This document shows, one piece after another, positions 56,842 to 64,000 of a stretch of 64,000 nt of DNA. Each line of letters starts with the position of its first letter. Position 1 is the first letter of the stretch. A program made the translations under genes and the position numbers. The stretch is from the NCBI GenBank assembly GCA_040768745.1, contig JAXGMI010000001.1, positions 576,001 to 640,000 on the forward strand, in the 5' to 3' direction. The notes below the pieces were generated by a model. That model saw only the letters and a list, made by a program, of their open reading frames with translations. It ran no database searches and was not told the origin of the DNA. The stretch is from Desulfomicrobium sp. GTDB lineage: Bacteria; Desulfobacterota; Desulfovibrionia; Desulfovibrionales; Desulfomicrobiaceae.

Positions 56842-57495
56842 ATGTTTGTCGGTCTCAAGATGCTCAAAAATTTCATTGCAATGCCTCCGGACGCCCTGGC
56901 CGAAGATGCCCTGCGGCTCATGGAAGAACAGCTCTCCCAGATGCTCTTCGTGCTCAGGGAGGGGAAACTCGTGGGCTATGTCCGGCTGGAGGACATCAAG
57001 GCCGCCATGCCGTCGCTCATGACCGGGCTGGACAAGCACGAGATCAACTACCTCCTTTCCAAGCTGACCGTGGACCGGATCATGCGCAAGGACATCACCC
57101 CCATCCCGCCCGAGACCGAAATCGAATCAGCGGCCATGCTCATGCATGACAAGCATTTGGCCGGCTTGGCCGTGGTCAATCCCAACGGGGACCTCATCGG
57201 GTATATCAACCGTACGGTCATGCTCGCGGTGCTGGCAGAGGAAATGGGCTTCGGGCAAGGCGGTTCCCGCATCGTGTTCGAGGTCGAAGACCGCCCCGGA
57301 GTCCTCAAGGAAGTGGCCGGAATCATCGACGCACTGGGTTACTCCATCATCTCCACCGGCACCTTCACCCACAAAACCCGGCGCATGGTGGTCATCCGCG
57401 TGGACACGCCCAACCCTTCCTCCATCGCCGCGGCCCTGCAAAAGACCGGATACGATGTGGTCGGTCCCGAGGACTTCAAGCATGAATGGCAGTAG
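56842..57495 (+). CDS. CBS-pair plus ACT domain protein (AcuB-like)
   Basis: Two CBS repeats and C-terminal ACT motif VEDRPGVLKEV. Confidence 0.88.
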   Translation: MFVGLKMLKNFIAMPPDALAEDALRLMEEQLSQMLFVLREGKLVGYVRLEDIKAAMPSLMTGLDKHEINYLLSKLTVDRIMRKDITPIPPETEIESAAMLMHDKHLAGLAVVNPNGDLIGYINRTVMLAVLAEEMGFGQGGSRIVFEVEDRPGVLKEVAGIIDALGYSIISTGTFTHKTRRMVVIRVDTPNPSSIAAALQKTGYDVVGPEDFKHEWQ

Positions 57496-58276
57496 TCCAC
57501 TGCTGGAAGTCAGGGACGTGACCCTGAATTTCAAGAACGTGTCCGCCCTGTCCCGGGTGTCCTGCACCGTGGCCAAAGGCAGCATCACCTCCCTCATCGG
57601 CCCCAACGGGGCCGGCAAGACCAGCATGCTAAACTGCATCTCCGGACGCTACACCCCGACCAAAGGCTCCATCAGCATGAGAGGGCAGGAACTGGGTGGA
57701 GTGCCGGCCCACAGGCGCACCAAGCTCGGCCTGGCCCGGACCTTCCAGAACATCGCCCTGTTCCGCGGCCTGTCGGTTTTGGACAATCTCATGGTCGGCC
57801 GCCACTCCCGCCTCAGCTATGGCCTGCTGTCCTCCATCTTCTACCTGGGCAAGGCCAGGGCCGAGGAGGATCGGCACCGCTTGCGGGTGGAGGAGATCAT
57901 CGACTTTCTGAACCTCTCTCCGTACCGGCACCAGACAGCCGGGCACCTCCCCTATGGTGTGCAGAAAAAAGTGGAGCTGGGACGGGCCCTGGCCGCCGAG
58001 CCGGAGCTGCTGCTGCTGGACGAGCCCATGGCGGGCATGAACCTCGAAGAAACCGAGGACATGGCCCGCTTCATCCTGGACATCAACGAGGAGTGGGGGG
58101 TGACCGTGTTTCTGGTTGAACATGACATGGGCGTGGTCATGGACCTGTCCCACCATGTCATTGTCCTGGATTTCGGCCGGGTCCTGGCCACTGGCACGCC
58201 GGAGGCCATCCAATCCAATCCCAAAGTCATCAGCGCCTACCTCGGCGACGACGACAGCCTCTTCAAGGGGAGATGA
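57482..58276 (+). CDS. Branched-chain amino acid-type ABC transporter ATP-binding protein (LivG-like)
   Basis: Motifs GPNGAGKT, ARTFQN, LPYG, LLDEP, VEHDM. Confidence 0.92.
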   Translation: MNGSSPLLEVRDVTLNFKNVSALSRVSCTVAKGSITSLIGPNGAGKTSMLNCISGRYTPTKGSISMRGQELGGVPAHRRTKLGLARTFQNIALFRGLSVLDNLMVGRHSRLSYGLLSSIFYLGKARAEEDRHRLRVEEIIDFLNLSPYRHQTAGHLPYGVQKKVELGRALAAEPELLLLDEPMAGMNLEETEDMARFILDINEEWGVTVFLVEHDMGVVMDLSHHVIVLDFGRVLATGTPEAIQSNPKVISAYLGDDDSLFKGR

Positions 58277-60183
58277 TGAGCGCCCCCTATGAAACCACCC
58301 TGCCCAGGCTGCTCCTGGAGAACAGTCGCTCCCGTCCGGACCGCACGGCCCTGCGCGAGAAACACTTCGGCATCTGGCAGCCCTTCTCCTATGCCAGCTA
58401 CTATGCCATCACCGCGGAGTTTGCCGCGGGGCTCAAATCTTTGGGGTTGGGCCGGGGGGACATCATTGTCCTCATCGGCGACAACCGTCCGGAATGGCTG
58501 TGGGCCCAGCTGGCCATCCAGGGCCTGGGGGGAATCTCTCTGGGGCTGTATCAGGATTCCCCGGCCGATGAGATCGGGTACGTCTTCGACCTTTCCAGAG
58601 CCCGACTCGTCGTGGCCGAGGATCAGGAGCAGGTGGACAAGATCCTGTCCATCCGCGAGAACCTGCCCCATCTGCAGTTCGTCATCTACCATGACCCCAA
58701 AGGACTCTCCGTCTACGATGAACCTGGCCTGAAGTCCTTTGACGAGATAAGGGACATGGGCCGGGACCTGGCCGGGGAATTCGAAAAGTGGATCCAGGAT
58801 GTGCAGCCCGACGACACGGCCCTCATCGCCACCACCTCGGGGTCCACCGGGCGACCCAAACTGGCCATGCTCTCGCACAAGAATCTCCTGTCCATGGCCT
58901 GGAACCTCGGCTTGTCGGATCCCAAACGTGCCAGCGACGAATTCGTGTCCTTTCTGCCCCTGGCCTGGATGGGCGAACAGATGATGGCCGTGTCCTCGGC
59001 CCTGCTGTTCGGCTTTTGCGTCAATTTCCCGGAAGAGCCGGACACGGTGCAGGAAAACATCCGCGAAATCGGGCCGCACCTCATTTTCTCTCCGCCCCGG
59101 GTCTGGGAGAACATGGCCGCCAAGGTCAGGGTGCGGATCATGGAGACCTCCCCCTTCAAACGCCTGCTTTTCAACCTGTTCATGCCCGTGGGGACGCGGT
59201 ACGCAAGCCTTCTCCTGCGCGGGGAGAAGCCCGGGCCTGGCCTGGGCATCCTGTACAGGCTTGCTGACTGGGCTCTTTTCCGGGCCCTGCGGGACCGGAT
59301 GGGGTTCACCCGCGTCCGCTCGGCATCCACGGGCGGAGCCCCCCTGGGGCCGGACACCTTCACCTTCTTTCACGCCCTGGGCATCCATCTCAAGCAGATC
59401 TACGGTCAGACCGAGATCGCAGGCATCTCATGCATCCACCGGAATGGCAGGGTCAGTTTCGACACGGTGGGCGAACCCATCGCCGAGACCGAAATCCGCA
59501 TCTCGGACCAGGGTGAAATCCTGTCCCGAAGCCCGGCCGTGTTCCAGGGCTACCTGGGCAATGCCCAGGCCACAGCCGAGACCGTCACTGACGGATGGCT
59601 CCATTCCGGCGACGCAGGGTACTTCAAAGACAACGGACAGCTGGTCATCATCGACCGCCTGTCCGACGTCATGACAACGGCCACTGGCGTGCGATTTTCA
59701 CCCCAGTTCATCGAGAACAAGATCAAGTTCTCGACCTATGTGCAGGAGGCCGTGGTCCTCGGAAACGGGCGGGACTTCATCACCGCCATCATCTGCCTGG
59801 ACGGGGACATTGCCGGTCGCTGGGCCGAATCCCAAGGCCTGACCTACACCACCTACCAGGATCTGGCAGCCAAGCCGGAGCTCTACGACCTGATCGAAGC
59901 GGAAATCCGGGGCGTCAATGCAAGCCTTCCAGACGGGACGGAGATCAAACGCTTCGCCCTGCTCTTCAAGGAACTGGACCCGGACGACGGGGAACTGACC
60001 CGCACCCGCAAGACCCGGCGCAAGGTCATCAACGAGCGGTATGCGGATCTCATCGCGGCCCTCTACGACGACACCACGGAGACCACGGACCTGTGCATCG
60101 CCATCATCTACCAGGATGGCTCCCGCCGCGAGATGACCGGCGCCATCTGCATCCGCGACGTGGCTGCGGAGGGCGGGAAGTGA
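58273..60183 (+). CDS. Long-chain acyl-CoA synthetase-like AMP-binding enzyme
   Basis: Motifs TSGSTGRPK, YGQTE, GWLHSGD, IIDR, ELTRTRK. Confidence 0.9.
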   Translation: MMSAPYETTLPRLLLENSRSRPDRTALREKHFGIWQPFSYASYYAITAEFAAGLKSLGLGRGDIIVLIGDNRPEWLWAQLAIQGLGGISLGLYQDSPADEIGYVFDLSRARLVVAEDQEQVDKILSIRENLPHLQFVIYHDPKGLSVYDEPGLKSFDEIRDMGRDLAGEFEKWIQDVQPDDTALIATTSGSTGRPKLAMLSHKNLLSMAWNLGLSDPKRASDEFVSFLPLAWMGEQMMAVSSALLFGFCVNFPEEPDTVQENIREIGPHLIFSPPRVWENMAAKVRVRIMETSPFKRLLFNLFMPVGTRYASLLLRGEKPGPGLGILYRLADWALFRALRDRMGFTRVRSASTGGAPLGPDTFTFFHALGIHLKQIYGQTEIAGISCIHRNGRVSFDTVGEPIAETEIRISDQGEILSRSPAVFQGYLGNAQATAETVTDGWLHSGDAGYFKDNGQLVIIDRLSDVMTTATGVRFSPQFIENKIKFSTYVQEAVVLGNGRDFITAIICLDGDIAGRWAESQGLTYTTYQDLAAKPELYDLIEAEIRGVNASLPDGTEIKRFALLFKELDPDDGELTRTRKTRRKVINERYADLIAALYDDTTETTDLCIAIIYQDGSRREMTGAICIRDVAAEGGK

Positions 60184-60217
60184 TGGCGGCAAGGACGGGC
60201 ATGGAACGGGAAGGAAG

Positions 60218-60335
60218 ATGGATTCCCGCCTTCGCGGGAATGACGCTTCGGTTGGCGCGAGGCCGGCGCTGTTCCAGTACGGAGTCCGCTTACCCGCCGC
60301 CCGCCGATGTCATCCCCGCGAAGGCGAGGATCCAT
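60218..60335. repeat. Inverted pair of REP-like palindromic elements
   Basis: atggattcccgccttcgcgggaatgac (60218-60244) and gtcatccccgcgaaggcgaggatccat (60309-60335); 24/27 reverse-complementary. Confidence 0.8.
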
Positions 60336-60401
60336 GCCTTCAACTCGACCATAAAACGCCGGGACACGCTTGTCGGCGGCGACAACCCATAAGGTCATCT
60401 C

Positions 60402-61289
60402 ATGGAATACTATCTCCAGCTCATCATCAACGGTCTGGTCGTCGGGTCCATATACAGCCTGGTGGCCCTGGGCTTCGTTGTCATCTTCAAGGCCACCAAG
60501 GTGGTCAACTTCGCCCAGGGGGAACTGGTCATGGTCGGGGCATACGTGTGCTTCGCCATGACCGTGCAGTATCAGCTCCCGTTCCTGGTCTCCTTTCTGC
60601 TGACCCTGGCCTTTGCCACCGTGCTGGCCATTGTGGTGGAGCGCCTGATTCTCAGGCCCCTCATCGGTGAACCCATCATTTCGGTCATCATGGTCACCAT
60701 CGGCCTCTCGTCCATGCTCAAATGCTTCGTGCAGACGATCTGGGGCACCCAGATCCGGGTCTACCCCGCAATCCTCCCGCAGGAGCCGTTCATGGTCCTG
60801 GGGTTGCCCATCGCCCCTGTCTACCTGGCCGCCTTTGGGCTGTCCCTGCTCCTTTTTGCGGTGTTCAGCGTATTCTTCAAATATTCATCCGTCGGCATCG
60901 CCATGCGGGCCACGGCCTTTGATCAACAGGCCGCGCAGTCCATGGGCATCGGCATCAAATCCATCTTTGCCCTGTCCTGGTGCATTGCGGCCGTGGTCTC
61001 CAGCATCGGGGGAATCATCCTGGGCAACATCAACGGAATCAACGTCCAGCTCGGACACCTGGGCCTGAAGGTTTTTCCGGCCGTGATCCTGGGTGGCCTG
61101 GACAGCCTCCTGGGCGCTGCCTTGGGCGGTCTCATCATCGGGGTATTGGAAAACATCTGTGAAGGCGCGGCCAAGGACCTTTTCGGGCTGGGCGGGTTCA
61201 AGGAGGTGGCCTCGTTCATCGTCCTGGTCATCATCCTCATGGTCAAACCCTATGGACTGTTCGGGACCAAGGAGATTGAACGGGTATGA
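60402..61289 (+). CDS. Branched-chain amino acid-type ABC transporter permease (LivH-like)
   Basis: Motifs GSIYSLVALG, NFAQGE, GIAMRA, ILGGL, KPYGLFG. Confidence 0.92.
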   Translation: MEYYLQLIINGLVVGSIYSLVALGFVVIFKATKVVNFAQGELVMVGAYVCFAMTVQYQLPFLVSFLLTLAFATVLAIVVERLILRPLIGEPIISVIMVTIGLSSMLKCFVQTIWGTQIRVYPAILPQEPFMVLGLPIAPVYLAAFGLSLLLFAVFSVFFKYSSVGIAMRATAFDQQAAQSMGIGIKSIFALSWCIAAVVSSIGGIILGNINGINVQLGHLGLKVFPAVILGGLDSLLGAALGGLIIGVLENICEGAAKDLFGLGGFKEVASFIVLVIILMVKPYGLFGTKEIERV

Positions 61290-62335
61290 GCATGCACAAA
61301 TGCGGACTTTTTTACACCAGCTACCGGGCCGAGGATGGGCTCTTCCGCTCGAAATTCCAGAAATCCTGCCTGGCCATCTTCTTCGCCGTTCTTCTGGCCT
61401 GCCCGCAGTTCCTGAATTCCTACGTCGTGTCCATCCTGAACCTGATCCTCATCGCGGTCATCGGGGCCGTGTCCCTCAATCTCCTGACCGGAATCTGCGG
61501 GCAGATGTCCCTGGGCCACGGCGCCTTTGTGGGGATGGGCGCCTATGGGGCGGCCATTCTTTCCAACCTGGGCCTTCCCTTCTTTCCCGCCCTCCTGGGC
61601 GGGGGCTTCGTGGCCGCCTTGGTCGGCATGGTCTTCGGCATCCCGTCCCTTCGCCTCAAGGGCATCTACCTGGCCATCTCCACCCTCGCGGCCCAGCTGA
61701 TCCTGGAATATGTCTTCCTGCATGCCTCTGGTCTGACCGGTGGGGCAAACGGTCTGCCCGTCAATGCCCCGCATGTCCTGGGGTACGCCTTTGATTCGGA
61801 TGCCAGAATTTTCTACCTGATCCTCTTTGTGACCACCCTCTGCGTCCTGGCCGTCAGTAACGTGGCCCGCACCCGCCCTGGCCGGGCTTTCGTGGCCATC
61901 CGGGACTATTATCAGTCGGCCGAGAACGTGGGCGTGAATCTCTTCGCCTTCAAGCTGCAGGCCTTTGGTCTCAGCTCGTTCCTGGCCGGCATCGCGGGCG
62001 GGCTGTGGGCGCACTACACCATGTACATCACGCCGGAGCAGTTCTCCATGGGCCTGTCCATCAGCTACCTGGCCATGATCATCATCGGCGGGATGGGTTC
62101 GGTGCTGGGCTCCATCTTCGGGGCAATTTTCATCACCCTGCTTCCGGAACTTCTGAACCTGCTGATCTCGTCCCTGGGCGGTCTTGCCCCTGACCTCAGT
62201 GCCATCATGATCCCCCTGAAGGAAGGGGTCTTCGGCCTGATGCTGGTCCTGTTCCTCATTTTCGAGCCCGAAGGACTGGTCCGCCAATGGCGCCTGACCA
62301 AGGCCTATTGGAAGCTCTATCCCTTTGCCTATTGA
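61286..62335 (+). CDS. Branched-chain amino acid-type ABC transporter permease (LivM-like)
   Basis: Motifs GQMSLGHGAF, LRLKGIYLAI, GRAFVAIRD, IIGGMGS, PEGL. Confidence 0.92.
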   Translation: MSMHKCGLFYTSYRAEDGLFRSKFQKSCLAIFFAVLLACPQFLNSYVVSILNLILIAVIGAVSLNLLTGICGQMSLGHGAFVGMGAYGAAILSNLGLPFFPALLGGGFVAALVGMVFGIPSLRLKGIYLAISTLAAQLILEYVFLHASGLTGGANGLPVNAPHVLGYAFDSDARIFYLILFVTTLCVLAVSNVARTRPGRAFVAIRDYYQSAENVGVNLFAFKLQAFGLSSFLAGIAGGLWAHYTMYITPEQFSMGLSISYLAMIIIGGMGSVLGSIFGAIFITLLPELLNLLISSLGGLAPDLSAIMIPLKEGVFGLMLVLFLIFEPEGLVRQWRLTKAYWKLYPFAY

Positions 62336-62381
62336 AACTCCGGACCCGCTGTCCGGAATAAACCTTTTGCCCGGAGTAGCT

Positions 62382-63539
62382 ATGAAAAAGCACCTTGTCC
62401 TGATTCTCTTGGTTTTGATGGCAAGCTTGGGCTCGGCCTCAGCCGCCTACAAGGTCGGCATCCTTTCGGACCTGACCGGAGGCACGGCCAGCGTGAGCCC
62501 GCCCTATGGCGAAGGCGTCAAAGCATGCATCGCCTACGTGAACGAGAACGGCGGTATCGCGGGCCAGCCCATCGAATTCATTCAGGTGGACTACGCCTAC
62601 AATGTGCAGCAGGCCCTGGCCGCCTACAAACGCTTCCTCTCCCTCGGCATCGTGGCCTTGCAGGGCTGGGGGACGGGCGACACCGAAGCCCTGGTCAAGT
62701 TCGTGGCCCAGGACAAGATCCCGGTCTTCTCAGCCTCCTACTCGGCACACCTGATGGACCCGGCCAAGGCCCCCTACAATTTCACCTCAGCCCCGGACTA
62801 TTCCACACAGGGCCGGGCCGGCCTCAAATACCTGCGGGAGGCATGGACCCAGCCCCGGCCCCCAAAGCTGGCCTTTGTCTTCCCGGACAACCCTTACGGC
62901 ACCGCGCCCATCCCGGCCATGAAGGAATACGCCAAGGAGCTGGGCTTTGAGGTCGTGGGGCAGGAAAACGTGGACCTGAAGGCCATCGACGCCACCCCGC
63001 AGCTGTTGAGTCTCAAAAAGGCTGGGCCGGATTTCATCTGGACAGGCGGAACCACCCCGTCCACGGCCGTGATCATGAAGGACGCTCAGAAGCTGGGCAT
63101 GACAAGCACCTTCCTGACCAACATCTGGAGCAGTGACGAAGACCTGTTCAAGATGGCCGGCGATGCCGCCAACGGGCATTTCGGACTGCAGGGAGCGGTC
63201 ATCTACGGACAGGATGTCCCGGGCATGGGGCTCATCCGCAAGCTGACCAAGGACACCCCGCAGATGACCCACTACATCCGCGGGTTCGTCTCCATGCTGG
63301 TCATGGCCGAGGGCATGAAGATGGCTGCGGCCAAAGGCGAGGTGACGGGGGAGAGCATCAAGGCGGCGCTGGAAACCATGCGCGATTTCGATCCCATGGG
63401 CCTGGCCCCGGCCGTGAGCTTCTTCCCGGATGACCACCGCCCGAGCATGTCCGTGAACGTCTGCACCTTCAAGAACGGGAAGCTCGAATTCGTGAAGACT
63501 GTGGCCCTGGAGCGCAAGAAGGAATGGCTGGGGCACTAG
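62382..63539 (+). CDS. ABC transporter substrate-binding protein (Leu/Ile/Val-binding fold)
   Basis: Signal peptide, KVGILSDLTG, VNENGGIAG; operon context. Confidence 0.9.
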   Translation: MKKHLVLILLVLMASLGSASAAYKVGILSDLTGGTASVSPPYGEGVKACIAYVNENGGIAGQPIEFIQVDYAYNVQQALAAYKRFLSLGIVALQGWGTGDTEALVKFVAQDKIPVFSASYSAHLMDPAKAPYNFTSAPDYSTQGRAGLKYLREAWTQPRPPKLAFVFPDNPYGTAPIPAMKEYAKELGFEVVGQENVDLKAIDATPQLLSLKKAGPDFIWTGGTTPSTAVIMKDAQKLGMTSTFLTNIWSSDEDLFKMAGDAANGHFGLQGAVIYGQDVPGMGLIRKLTKDTPQMTHYIRGFVSMLVMAEGMKMAAAKGEVTGESIKAALETMRDFDPMGLAPAVSFFPDDHRPSMSVNVCTFKNGKLEFVKTVALERKKEWLGH

Positions 63540-63755
63540 ACGCCCCGGGGCCGATCCCGCCTCTGAGGAAAGGCCCCTATGCCGGATGATCCTGGGCCTG
63601 CCGTAGGACCACGGCCTTTCGGCAGGCTCACCAACGTCCGCCTGTAAAGGACATACTGCTCTGCGGGCAGATCGACATGGTCGTCAGGCTCACGGATGTG
63701 GCCCTACCCAAGCCCGCGCGCACGTTGCATATGAAGGGAGATACGGAAACCCGCC

Positions 63756-64000
63756 ATGAACGTCCTGCAAGTCATGAACCTGGAAGTGGTCTATAACGAC
63801 GTCGTCCTGGTCCTCAAAGGCCTTTCCCTGGATGTGGCCCAGGGCAGCATAACCACCCTGCTCGGCGCCAACGGGGCGGGAAAATCCACCACCCTGAAGG
63901 CCATTTCAGGCCTCCTGGCCGGGGAAAACGGCAAGGTCACATCCGGATCCATCATCTATGACGGGGCAAACATCTCGCGTCTCAGCCCCGAGAAGCTGGT
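63756..64000 (+). CDS. ABC transporter ATP-binding protein (LivF-like), N-terminal part; runs off the window end
   Basis: Manual translation [25 protein letters not shown]...[18 protein letters not shown]. Confidence 0.88.
   Translation, partial: MNVLQVMNLEVVYNDVVLVLKGLSLDVAQGSITTLLGANGAGKSTTLKAISGLLAGENGKVTSGSIIYDGANISRLSPEKL

Overview
GC-rich bacterial chromosome segment. Gene content suggests a Desulfovibrionales-type sulfate reducer, possibly Desulfomicrobium-like; this is an inference. The backbone carries nadC-nadA-nadB, a TauE/SafE exporter cluster, pgk-tpiA-secG-tRNA-Leu(GAG), uvsE, a TPP-riboswitch-controlled thiM-thiE-thiD-thiZXY salvage operon, pgm, and an AcuB/acyl-CoA ligase/Liv-type ABC operon. 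There are two accessory regions. (1) About 12.2-33.8 kb, downstream of tRNA-Leu, is a lower-GC catabolic island. It holds a sigma54 activator, a TTT transporter, dehydrogenases, MMSDH, a ThDP enzyme, a TRAP transporter and an amidohydrolase. It is being eroded by insertion sequences: IS66 splits dctP, IS1634 is nested in an IS2-like element, and IS3 and MITE-like remnants are present. (2) 44079-53055 is an apparently complete 8913-bp filamentous (inovirus-like) prophage integrated in tRNA-Arg(CCT) between perfect 64-bp att repeats. It has a repressor, coat genes, pIII/pVI/Zot-like genes, a Rep_trans initiator next to a MOBT/pT181-like CTAA nick hairpin, and a 41-bp duplication starting at the predicted nick. 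It also has a tyrosine integrase, candidate arm-type sites and two cargo genes, and no secretin gene. All calls come from reading the sequence and recognising motifs; no database searches were run.
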